From Podarcis filfolensis (lineage: Eukaryota): a DNA stretch of 64,000 bases. A model generated the notes under the pieces. It was not told where the DNA came from and did no database searches. It worked only from the letters and a program-made list of their open reading frames with translations. The stretch lies in the NCBI GenBank assembly GCA_964270895.1, contig OZ185440.1. One strand, 5' to 3'. Positions within the stretch are counted from its first letter, which is position 1, and every line of letters starts with the position of its first letter. This document shows positions 37,541 through 49,521 of this stretch, in pieces. Made by a program: the position numbers and the translations under genes.

Positions 37541-37790
37541 AACCAGGCAGAGGGCCGTCTCGATAGTGGCGCCCGCCCTGTGGAACGCCCTCCCATCAGA
37601 TGTCAAAGAAATAAACAACTACCTGACTTTTAGAAAACATCTGAAGGCAGTTCTGCTTAGGGAAGTTTTTAGTGTTTGAAGTTTTATTCTGTTTTTAGTC
37701 CTCTGTTGGGAGCCGCCCAAGGTGGCTGGGGAAACCCAGCCAGATGGGTGGGGTATAAATATTATTATTATTATTATTACTATTATGCAA
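37541..37790 (+). mobile_element. 5'-truncated L2-like LINE 3' end with an (ATT)n tail
   Basis: ...GTGGCGCCCGCCCTGTGGAACGCCCTCCCATCAGATG...TTGGGAGCCGCCCAAGGTGGCTGGGGAAACCCAGCCAGATGGG...TATAAATATTATTATT, a typical lizard LINE 3' terminus. Confidence 0.75.
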
Positions 37791-38159
37791 AGAACAAACC
37801 TTAGCTTCCATGCTTTGTTTGGAGAGAAACAAATCACAACTGCTGGTTCACATATAATACAAAACCACCCTTTGATTTGCTTCCTCCCCGGTCACAACAG
37901 GCACTTTTGAGCAGCATGTACTAGCATACTGCTCTTTTACATCAACCGTAATTCCATTTTAACTGTGGTTTCATGTGGCATCCAAACCAGGCCAATTTGG
38001 GAAGACGGCATTGAGAGACACCAGTCCTCAAATGTGAAGGTTGGGAATGGGTGGGACAGGAAGCATCTAATAGCTTTTGCTTGCTATTTTCATTTTTCAG
38101 CACTATGTGGATCAATTCTATTTCTTCTTAACGCTTTTTCTTTCAACTTCTCCTATTAG

Positions 38160-38291
38160 CCTATAACAAGAACCAAGGGGACATTGCAACTCAGGGCTGG
38201 TTTATTGGACTGATGTGTGCCATCGCTCTCCTGGTCCTGATTTTGCTGATAGTTTGCTTCATTAAGAGAAGCAGAGGAGGGAAATATCCAG
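38160..38291 (+). CDS. NFASC: NFASC transmembrane exon
   Basis: Acceptor TTCTCCTATTAG and donor GTAAGA at 38292. It reads (A)[43 protein letters not shown], the L1-family TM segment in its neurofascin form (KRSRGGKY). Confidence 0.98.
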
Positions 38292-41200
38292 GTAAGAGAA
38301 ATAGCTATCAACTAGCATTGTTGTTGGGTTTGAAGTATTCATTCCCAAATCTAGATGGATGGTCTGATCATAATCATCCAGTGCTTTTTTCTGCCAGAAC
38401 TCATTGGAACTCAGTTCTGGCATCTCTCACGTAGGTACCATTGCCATTATAAGAGAACAAAGGAGATGTTCATGGTGAGTTCCAGCACCTCTTTTTCTAG
38501 AAAAACAGCACTAATCATAGGCTTCCCACTCAAAGGATTTCGTCCTACCACTTTTTAGCAGCTGTGGCACTGAAAAGAATTAATCTCATTAAAGGCAATG
38601 CAAGAGGACTTCCAGCTAGGTAGGAGGTGAAGCCTCATCCCATGACTTTTGTTGGGATTTGACCTCACTACGATAAGTGTCTTCTGTATTTGCAAAAGGA
38701 CTTTCTCCAGGGCGGGTTGCATTGATACTTTTCTTTTTCAAAGGGCTTAGGGGTAAAACACCTCTCTCAGAACCTGCTTGGACTGCATACTATGGTTGTG
38801 TGATGACCACTGTGTTCTCTCCCAAGATCTGATAAGGTCTTGTGTGCAAGAAGGTTTTGTGCTAGACCCTTAAGTACACACAAGGATTGTGGCAGGCAGC
38901 TTCTAACATCAAGCTGCAGTGCATGACAAGAATGACAAGCCAGTTGTACAGAAACAATTATCTGTTTCCTTAGTCCAAAAGGAAATAATGCCCTACCTAA
39001 AATACATGGCATGGTGTTTGTTTATTATGCCAAGGTCCAAAAGAGACATAACATGGGGCATCCATGACCAGTTTCCTTAAAAGAAAGAGAAAAACCATAT
39101 TATTTATGAGCAGATATGCAAGAGGGTTTTTTATTAGGGAGCTGCATTAGGACAGGGAGTTCTTAATCTTTTCTTCCTGCACGGTTTTCTACATCACAAT
39201 TGCACTGATCCCTGACCCCCATCCCACCTGAACTATTAAACATAGTGGGGAGGGGGAGAGAAGTACCATACAGATTTTGACTATGCTGTATCTGGAGGTG
39301 AGAGGCAATCACATAACAGGATATAAGTCCCTTCCCCCCTTTTTTTTATTTGCTGGAAGAGGTATTTGAAATTTACTCACATTTTTCAGCTGATAGATGT
39401 ACTTGTGTTTCTTTCACTTGTCCCACTGTCCCTTGCAAAAAATATTTACTTTTTCACGGGTCTCTTCAAGCATAAAGGAAGTGTGGTAATTTAAGAATAC
39501 ATTCACCAGTAGAAAGGGTCTATGTGATATTGGGATGAAGTAAACTGGTTGCTTTTAATTTATTCCAAAGATTTCTTAACCACTGTTCATCAAAAAGATT
39601 CCAAAGTGCTGTACGAAAGTGTGAATAGAATTCATTCACACAACGTATAAATACAATTTAAAACCTACAAATAAGTTTGACAAAACGCAAGAGGAGAGAA
39701 CAAAAACTCAAGAAGCTAAAAGCAAAAATAGAATACAGTTCCAAAAGCCATCCACACAATCCAAAATGCCTTGGCATAAATAGGAAGGTTCTCATATGGA
39801 ACTGAAAAGCTTGCCATGTTGGCTTGTAATCCAAGTTGTCTGGTGTATCCAGCCACTGTATTTAGGGAGCAATCCCACATTCTAGTCAATTAAGGGCAAA
39901 TCAGTGTATGTTTGTGTGTGCGTGCGTGTGCACACTTGTTGCAAAATAGTATACCTGACTTGGTCTGTCTAGAGATCCTTGTTTCAAAGTAAGATAGCAG
40001 AGCGCTAAATATCTCTATAAAACACAGTTAAGAGTATTCAGTTAGCCCCAAGGGTATGCAGTTAAGATGAGCATGGTCATATTAAGAGTCCAAGAAATAT
40101 TCTTTGTACGTTACAATAGCTGTGGTTTAGGAAAGACTTCCAAGCCATAATCTTTTACTACTATTTTCTTCTGTTTTATTATTTACCGGATATCACACTG
40201 CATGATAGTAGTCGGCAAATGTCGGCTTTTTCAGGACTGCATCCAAATAATACTAGAGCAGCAGTTCTAAAAATAAGGCACATCAGCTTGTATTTTGTCT
40301 TGCTTTAAGCTCATGGGACAATTTCCCAACAATTCTAAACGCCATATGCACAGGAAATGCTACCCTTACTATTCACAATATAGTAACATCAATTTATTTG
40401 TTGCGCTCTGTTCAGCATGCAACTGGCGTGACAGTTTTGAGCCAGGCATTTGTGATGCAGGAAATAATAATGATTACTTCAATGGCAGGAGACAAGATTT
40501 GAAAGAGAACTTGAATCAGAATCTTGCTCAGCCTGGGATTTATGTGTATTATATTTTGGAGATTAAAAGCATGGAAGTGATCAAAAATGACTTTGCACAT
40601 ACATTTGCCAACAGCAAAACCACCTCAATGTCAGTTATTTCTTCAGATGCTTCTCATCCATTTTCAGTCTAAATTCCTGACCACCTACAAGACGCAGAGG
40701 CTGGGAGGCTAGCAGCACATCCTAAACAGGTTTTCTCAGACCTAGGAATGGATGGACACATGAACATCTGAACCAATTCTGCATGGGGATGAGACTTAAG
40801 TCCCCCCATCCCATTTCAGTGAATATTTTTAAAAAGAAAAACATGAAATATCCATGCACAAACAGCAAGGTATTAAAAAAAATGTTTGAGAGAGGTGAAG
40901 GGTCCATGTGAATTCTGGGGGCAGCAGTGTTTTTTCCCATACATTTCTTCATGAGAATGATGGAGCTTCATCAAATCCCATCGCTCCCAGAGGGACTTGC
41001 ATTCTATTGCATTCAAAGCACTAGCTGCTCCGGCCAAGGGTGGCTGGATTAACCATTTTTACAAATTTAAAGATCAGGAAACACTTTCAAAAGAGCAGAA
41101 GCAGGCCCACAGCCCTCATTCTGAAATCATGATTTGCCCAGATCAAAATGTGAGAGTCTGCTTTGGAATCAGAGTTTGGTGGATTGCTCACCCTTCCCCA

Positions 41201-41294
41201 CTCAAGTCAGAATCAAGTCCCGTAAGTGTGTTTAGGACCGCAGCCTTGAATACATGAAAGTAAAATGTGTGCTTATTTGAATATTTATTCACAG

Positions 41295-41364
41295 TGCGAG
41301 AAAATAAAGATGTACCCCTGGACCCTGATGACCAGAAGGTAGATAATGGGTCGTTTGATTACAG
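41295..41364 (+). CDS. NFASC: NFASC cytoplasmic exon
   Basis: Acceptor TTTATTCACAG and donor GTATGT at 41365. It reads (V)RENKDVPLDPDDQKVDNGSFDY plus AG. Phase 1 to phase 2. Confidence 0.96.
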
Positions 41365-44300
41365 GTATGTTTCCTGCTTGGCATGCGTGACAGGCATTTG
41401 TTTTCTGCCCTCTACCCCACCTATTACAAAGAGCAACTTTGTCAGTTCAATAGTCATCAAGATATCACATTCCCATAAATGTGCATTTTCTACCACCCTT
41501 TGTTCTCCCATTATGTCTCAAAGATCTCTGCAAAAGAAAAAGGTGTTGATCTCCACGTGCAGATAACTTGCATGGTATACTATTCCTATATCTGTACCAT
41601 TTCAGGCTGCAGATAAGAGATGGTTTTTTACTCACATCAAAATTTCTCTGGAAACTTAGCACATGAGGAACAGAGGTCCTAGCCTATGTCTGTGCTAGTA
41701 TTGTATGTGCAGATAGTGGGGACAGGGGCATTCAGATGTGCAGTGCTTCACGTGTAGTCTGAAATGGTACAGTCCCAGGAAATTTGCACTACATGATGGA
41801 TCGGAAAAATAATAGCATGTTCATTAGCATCACCACAGCAGATAGAAAGCTAGATGCTGTGGGAGAGATGGAAGCAATGTGTTTGGTCTCTCTCACACAC
41901 CAGATTATTCAGAGAGGCATCATCAGGGTTTTTCAGCAACTTAACCTCCTCACGCTCGTGCATTCACTGCCCAGAAACAGGTTAACCCAACCTTGCTCAG
42001 ATTGTATCTAGAGAAAAATAAACACATTTTCTCCAAAAGCCTGTGATGGGCTCCATATTCCATCCTTTTCTATAGGATCTCGGACAATCTCATTTTGTTG
42101 ATCGTCTCTGTATAGCCTAGCAAACCCACCTCTCTTGACTGTTGTAGTGGGGGCCATGTGCCACTACAATCACCCCTCTATGAAACTCAAAGGCAACCTT
42201 TTAAGGACATCAGCCACTTTTTATCTCAGCTTCCCAAAGCAAGGTGTTTTCTTTGGCTGTTCACAGATGGGTCCTGCGTTCAAGTTTTACATTTGTTTCC
42301 CCCTTGCTTCCAAGGCACTGAAACAGGTAACACTGCTAGCATTTTGTTAATCTATGTGACTTAGAGCAAACGTGCTCTTTGTACATCTCTGCTTGCTTAG
42401 TGCTTTTAAGCAAACAGGATGATTTACTCAGATTCAGCCAGCCCAACACCTTTTGCTGCCTGAGGCGGAACAGCAAATGGTGTACCACCATCAAGTCAAG
42501 GTGTATAGTTCGTGAGGCCAGCCAAGTTATTTTGGCACCTGAAAACCCCACAAGCAATTCTCCCTGCTTCCTGGCAGTAAAGATACAATAATAACAAACT
42601 AAATAATGAACACTGTGCTGCCCTTTCATGACACCCCAAATTTACTGCCTGAGGTGGCTGGTTCACCCTCCCTAATGTAAGACCCTCTGCTCAGATATAG
42701 TTAATTTTGAACTGAGCTCCCACGAAATCCTCCAGAGTTTCCAGAATTATTTGAAAGAAATACAAAAGGGCTTGATTTGAAATGATGAAGAGCAAGAACT
42801 GGTGTCATGAATAACAAGCTGCTTGAACGGTTCCCTGCAGAACTTTGAAAGAAGTACCATGCATACATCTTGCAGCATAAAACCATATAAGCAAATCTGA
42901 AATGGAGGGATTATTTGAAGGCTGATCATTTGCAAACATAACTAGACATTTAGAGGATACACTCCAATTTGTCACCCCATGAAACTTTAAGCACTGTCTT
43001 GTTCATGTAACTAGTGGGTTGGTTTCCAACCCATGCCCTCTATTCTAAAGTTCTCTTAGTGAGTTTATTATTCCAAACCATATTGATGATTATGAACTCT
43101 CCAAGCTAATGAACCCAGAATAAAAACTATGATTAACACTAGTTAATTGACTATCCTATCAGGCATTACTTACTTTACTGAATAAATGAAAGTGTGTTGA
43201 TGAAGCATATCAGGAGAATTTGAGAATCACCAATTCTTGTCCAAGAAAACCATTGTGAGAATAAAAGTTTAGTCTAGAATTCTGCATAAATCTGAAAGAA
43301 AATTTCTTAACGCACAAATTGAAAATAAAGAGACAAATACTATAATAATATGGCAACAGGAGAAAACAGCACAGTACGAATGAATGAAGTAACCCATCAA
43401 AAACTTAGATTTTATAACTGAATGCTCATTTTGCAGAAGCAGTCACTGTGTTACATGCCATAGCTTTGATATTAAGCTCCTCATGCACACACATTGGCAG
43501 AATTTGCACATCACAGTAATCCATTAAACCATCAAATGCACAGAAGGCTTCCGTTTCACTCGTCCCTTGTAGCCAGCAGGCGTAACAAACCTTAATACCC
43601 AGGTATTAAGGTTATGTCTGAAGTAGGGATTGTGGTTTGTTTCCAAACAAACCAGGGTGTTGAGCCAAGATTTGTCTTACCAACCATGTTTTGTTTCAGC
43701 ATAGCAAACTACAGTTCTTAGTCAGGCTTAATGCTGAGACAGAGATCGTCGCTTGTTGCTCCCACTGTCAAGAGCAGCAGTGGGAAACCTCATTTTACCT
43801 GCAAGGTTGTTTTGACCAAGCCATACCTCGCTGCCCTTCACCAGAAGTCATAAATGGCACCAGGTGTGGAGCAGGTAAAGACATTGCTGGGCCAAAAACA
43901 GCTTTGTCGACACTCCCAGTCAGCAGGACCTGAAAAACCCTGTGCATAGTGCCTAGTGAGGCTCATAATAAGCCCCAACATTTGTGACGCTGTGTGTGAC
44001 ACTTTGAAGCCCTTACAATCAGCTGGTCGTTAGTGCTTACAGAGAGTCATGCATGGTACTTTGAAGTTCCATCAGCTGACGGTAGAGGCTTCTATGCAGC
44101 ACGCACTGCATGACCTCATCTACCTGTTAAACCTTGCCCATGGAGAGTGGGGAAGATAAAGAGCCGGCCTGCAGTCTGGATCCAATTCCCCATCCCTCGT
44201 CTAGAGGAGAGGAGTGATATTTGCATTCACAGTAAGCCATTAACTGTGATTACTCATGATGTGCAAGCTGGACACTTTGAAGGCACAGTGCTTTAACAAC

Positions 44301-45992
44301 TGTCGTCCCCTTCCCCCCTAGATAAAAATCACAGATTTTTCTTCTTCTTTTTACAATTAACCAGAGTGTTAATGCAGGGTGTTAGAAAAGTGACACATCC
44401 CATAAGGAGTCAGAGGCAAAGTGGTTAGCTGCTTAAAATTCACAAGGAATCGAGCAGTCCGGGGAAAAAGTTACTATTAGTGCTTGAAAGGTGGACAGGA
44501 TATGTGCTGACATGCTTTCTTTATTGGTTCTCTTCCTACCTTCATAGAAGCATGTCTAATATGCTTTCATCATGCCCTTCACATCCTTAGTGCCCTGTGC
44601 ACACTGCATTCCAATCACTGCAGCCTGTAATTAAAGAGATACTGTCACTTCTTTCTACTTTGCTGCCAGAATAATGGTCTCCTTGTAAGCTAAGATGTTT
44701 GGAAGCCCATGTCCTTAAATAGCATTCTGTTCCAGTAACCATGCCTTACTAGGCCAACTGATTTGGTTGAGAGAGAGAGAGAAGCAAATCAGAACTAGAA
44801 TTTTAAAACTTCAGACCTGCTGGTCCCATCCAAGCTGCTCCTTCCTGCTCCCCATATATTTTCAGGTAACGTTACTGGGCTTTCTACTCAGTCAAGCATT
44901 TGCAGTTGCAGTGGTGATTTCAACGCATCCCCAACTAAAGGTCCCTGTGTAAAATATAGCAATAGTGAGAACAAGGAATTGGCAAATGCCTGTTAAAAAC
45001 TAGGAGCACTTGCATACAGCCCAGACTGCTGGCAAGTGGGTTCATGTGAACCCAGATAGCAATTTCATGATACTTGGAAGTGGGTCTATATTAGGCCAGT
45101 TTTCTGACATCGGCAGTGTCTACTACATGACAGTCAGAATTCCTATCTTGATAGAGCCTTAATCAATTCCGTATTCTTCCAGGGCCCCAGAGGTCATTGA
45201 ACACAGCCACCAAGAAAGGAGCAGATGCATTTCATAATGCGTTTCTTTCCTGTTTCACTCATTCCCCACCCCACCCCTACGCATAGGCAAATCTCTTGTG
45301 TGTCCTTTGTAATATATGGAATAAGAGTGCCTTCCCCTCCAGTCCACTCATTTTGAAACCACAATATATACCTGCCTCCCAAAAGACACTTGCCATCTGC
45401 TCATCCGGTACAATCTCCGCACAGTGGAAATGTAACTTAGAAGCACCCCCTCCCTTCATATGCAGAGCTGCCTGATTTCCACCAAGGTCAAGCGAATACC
45501 ATGCTCCTTTCTTTCCTGAAGGCAGCCTTTTCTGAGAGGGGCTTGTAGCACGTTACGTCATTGGACAGCATGACAGACCACAGGCTAGTGGCTGCTCAGC
45601 TGCCTTTCAGGACGACATTTAATGAAGCCATGTGGGGTTGTATCTTCTGCCCTACTAGTGCTCTCTCCCTCCCTGCCTCAGATCTGAGGGCACATCTCAT
45701 TTTGTAGGGTTTATTTGCAAATTACTTGCTTTTGGAATCCATTAGATACATATTTTGGTGTGGATGCACAACAGGTTTATTTATTTATTTTTAATTTATT
45801 TTGTATGCACAACAATAAAGTGGCTAGCTCCTTCGGGGGGTGGGGTCGGTGGATTTCCCCCCCTCAGCACTGCCCCCTGAAATGCATACTTCGCCATTTT
45901 GCTCTCTGATCAGGCTCTTTCTGCTTCTCTCTCTGTTTTATTCCCATTCTTTCTTCTCCTTTTCACCTTGTCTTTCTACATGGACCATGAAG

Positions 45993-46004
45993 GTCTCTTG
46001 AAAG
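45993..46004 (+). CDS. NFASC: NFASC 12-nt RSLE microexon
   Basis: CATGAAG|GTCTCTTGAAAG|GTAGGA, phase 2-2, which gives D-Y-R-S-L-E-S-D. A long polypyrimidine tract lies upstream (about 45914-45978). This is the known neural L1-family RSLE insert position. Confidence 0.92.
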
Positions 46005-46058
46005 GTAGGACTGTGGACTGCCCCAAAGTCTGGCACACAGCTTTTTCTTTCAGCAGTT

Positions 46059-46142
46059 CCATCACTGAAACACACCTTATTCTCTACCACCTTACCCTGC
46101 CTCTCCACCACCAACCTTCATCTAACACCATTAAAGTTTCAC
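46059..46142 (+). promoter_or_regulatory. YCAY (NOVA-type) cluster downstream of the RSLE microexon
   Basis: Eight YCAY tetramers start at 46059, 46062, 46087, 46105, 46108, 46118, 46128 and 46139. Confidence 0.55.
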
Positions 46143-47149
46143 TTACTATTCCTTTCCCTTGAAATTTCGGGCACCCTGTGTCCAATGAGTTGCATTCTGC
46201 CTGTGTATTTGGAGCCGACACACAACCAATTGAATTTGCGTGGCCTCAGCTTCATTCCTTTTTCTGTGACTAATTCAGCTGTGGCAATGACAGCCATTGG
46301 TTAGTTCAGCACTCAAAGGGAGATTAGTCACAAGAAAAGGGGTCTTCTGGGCTGCAGATTTGAGTAGCCCCCATATGCTCAGGTAAGCTACTTGTATTAT
46401 GTGCCTCTGAGGTTTGAAAAGCAAGATAATGCCTGATTTCACATGCTGGGCAGTAAAACAACGGAAACATGGTGAAGAAAAAGTCAGCAGCTACCAGAGG
46501 CCTTGCATCAGCTCAGAGTGAAGATTCCCTAGAAATCTTGTACACAGAAAATATTCATTCTGACATATGCAACTCTTGACCATGATGCTCCTGAACCAGC
46601 CTGAGTCAGGCTTCCCTTAATACTTTAAATAAGCTGCAATATTTCCATTTAACCAAATAAGTAAACTGTTGTTTGTGTGTTAAAAGTTGTATATACCTAA
46701 CGCACTAACAAGGCAACCAAGTTAACAGTCTTCTTTGGCCTACAATCCAGAGAGCTAGGTTAAATAAGGCGCAAGAGAATTTTTTGACATTTTGCCTTTC
46801 AGCAGCAGCCCTCTGCGAAGCCACTTGGCTTGTTGTGTGAGGGAATGCTCTTTAAAGAGAGGGGAGCGAGGAAGGAACTCAAAAGCCCCACTGGGCCCAC
46901 AGAATTAGCTGTATAGTTCTCTGGACTGTAGCCTTTAGAAGGTCAAAACCAGCCGGGAATATCTTAGAAACTTCATTGGCCTGGTATATTGGGAATGGGG
47001 TGGGGGTGGGGGAGGACAACTCAAAGGGGACATTATGATGCAGGATATATTTTATCTACATACTCTTGGTTTGAAAAATGAAGATTTTAGATGAAGAGCC
47101 CTGGGTCTCTCATTCTTGTTTTTTGCCTCCTTATATTGCCTTATATTGA

Positions 47150-47205
47150 TAGGAGTTGTAGTCCCAAAACATCTGGAGGGCCAAGTTTCCCTATGCCTGC
47201 CCTAG
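47150..47205. mobile_element. Half copy of the hAT MITE family
   Basis: GGAGTTGTAGTCCCAAAACATCTGGAGGGCCAAGTTTCCCTATGCCTG. Confidence 0.55.
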
Positions 47206-47464
47206 AGAGCTATCACAGGCTACCTTCTGTTAGACAGTTTTGCAAGATCAGGAGGAATGATGACACCACTTGTTCTGTTATTTATGCTTGTAGTGGCCAC
47301 TGTCTGGCAGAATGGTGGGCTACATGTTTTATCTAACCAGATCATTCTTATGGCAAAACCAGATGATTCTTATGGCAAAACAAAACTGCAACACAAACCC
47401 TTAAATGATCTTTTTCTGTGTTAGGATAAAAAGTTGAGCCTCGTAGATATGACAATGAATTGGG

Positions 47465-47467
47465 TAT

Positions 47468-47506
<39 letters not shown>

Positions 47507-47509
47507 TTA
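47465..47509. repeat. (TTTA)n tetranucleotide repeat, probably the tail of a reverse-oriented LINE end
   Basis: Seen directly, followed by ATACACCCTTCT...GGCTCCCAAAACAATTTACA. Confidence 0.85.
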
Positions 47510-48454
47510 TACACCCTTCTTTTAAGTCAGGATTGGCTCCCAAAACAATTTACAGTTGAAATGCACATGATGGTACAGTTACAATAGGAATATATGGGGA
47601 TATACATAGCTGTCTCTTCTATGGCACTTGATGACATGATCCAGAGTCCAGACTCTTCCCTTCAAGGGGAAGGGGCAGAGGGAGGTACAGATGGACTCAG
47701 GTTGGTAGATGATGAAGATGTCAGATCCCTAAAACAGTCCCCCATTGATCTGCAGAGTCTCCTGTTCCTGGCAGTTAAATCTTTTGTTCTTGGCAGAGCC
47801 CAATACATGAATTCCTGCACATGTGGGTATACAAACATCCCTTTTAGAATGTCCCAACGGCTCCAGCACAATATTTTGTTTAACACTGACTAGCCACACA
47901 CCTCCCTGGCAAGCATGCAAGTAGGCCATAATGGAGATAAATGTCCCCTGATTCTTTTTCTGCATCGGGTAGAGAGGTTCTGCCTCTAAACATAGAAGGT
48001 TCATTATGGCTAGCAACCAATGATAGGACCGTTTTCTCTATGATGTTACCTGAGCCTTTTTTTTTAAAGCTCCAGTATTGTTAAGCCAGCCTCATGAATT
48101 CTGCAGAAGGTTGTTCTTGAGTCCCCAACATCTTGGGGCTGACAACAAGACTGCAAAAGCAGAAACTAGTACTATTTGTGGGGCTTTCTGTAACGTAATA
48201 AAATATGCATATTTGCAGGTCAGAAATTCCCCTTACGAAAAGAGCATGGAACTCCCCCGCTAAGTGTAGAAGTGCCATTTTTTAAAGTGTCTCTGCATCA
48301 TTTTCAAAAGCTGCATAGTTAAGAGTAAATTAAAAATAGCCAAAATGGCGCTTAAATATATTACATCCAATTTGGATTGAATTAGAGCCACTCAGCTGCC
48401 TTCTAAATGGCTGGTCCTCAACACAACTCTTGCCAACCTAGAGTCTCTTTGAAG

Positions 48455-49125
48455 AGATTTGTGGTACCTTAAACATTAACATATTTATTACAGCGTAAGT
48501 TTCATGGAATACAGCCCACTTCATCAGATGCACAAAGTCTTAATCTAAGATACACATGGAGTGGGGTGGGGATATAAACAGTGAGATCAGAAGGAAATGA
48601 AATGCAGAAAATACCCAGACGTAAATATTATTTACTTAACAGCAGCCTCACAAAAACCAGTTGAGTTGATATCCTGCCATGCTGTCATTGGTAAGCCAAA
48701 TAATATGTAGTGTAATTCTTAAAAGTCCATTGTGATTGGGACCCTAGAACATTCTATAACTAACCATAAAAAGCACTGAATCACAATAAATCAGGAGTTC
48801 AATGCTATAATTTGTGGATTAAATGGGTACAATGGATTTTTCATCACACATGTGTTATTTAGCTTATCGGTGACAGGATGGGTGTGTTACCAACTCAATC
48901 ATATTTTGTGATAATTACTGTTAAATACATAATTATCACCACCTGTACTTTTCTGCATTTTGTTTCCTTCTCTTACTGTTCACAGTCCCCCTCCCCCCAC
49001 CATGTGTGTGTTATATACAACGCATGCCTGCAACTCAGGATAACACTTCATGCAACTGATTTAAGTGGACTACTGTCCTTGAAAGCTTATGCCATAACAA
49101 ATTTCTTAACCTTTTAGTGTACCAG
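48455..49125. mobile_element. Penelope-like element (PLE) remnant: inverted pseudo-LTR pair plus the decayed C-terminus of the ORF
   Basis: About 48455-48732 is an imperfect reverse complement of about 48830-49125. The + strand at 48780-48850 translates ITINQEFNAIICGLNGYNGFFITH, which resembles the GLN..GF..H end of PLE ORFs. The 3' motif GAAAGCTTATGCCATAACAAATTT is typical of reptile Penelope ends. Confidence 0.7.
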
Positions 49126-49521
49126 AAAACTTTATTTTTTAATACAAGAAACTAGAATTTGATGGGACTGTGGCTTAATACAACTGGAAAGCTCAGAGTT
49201 CCTACATGGTTTATTCACTTTGTAGTTGTGGTCAGGCTTCCACCATCACAGTCCTTTAAAGAAGAGACTCCCTCCTGATTTATTTAGGTTATTGGGAAAA
49301 TACTATCCTTTGCACCTGAATAGCTTTGCACTGGCAAATATTTCATTGGTAATTTGCAAAAAGCTGCTTCGAGCCGTGCTTCCCAGATCTTCCTGCACTG
49401 TGCTTGCCTTCTGAAGTACAACCGTCTGGACGAAACCAGTTTCATATGTTTACTGTGATCCTGTCCCTTTAAAGCCATTCCTTCCCACTACTGATGGCAC
49501 TTCTTTTCCTTTTGATGCTAG

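Noticed and set aside
47337-47380. 22-bp direct tandem duplication; similar small duplications near 57060 and 59538 (the latter palindromic)
   Set aside because: These are ordinary replication-slippage duplications with only two units. They are not CRISPR-like and have no spacers.
47594-47893. Overlapping ORFs on both strands next to a (TTTA)n tail, which might be a processed pseudogene
   Set aside because: I recognise no protein in any frame, and the tail fits a short LINE end. A BLASTx search would settle it.
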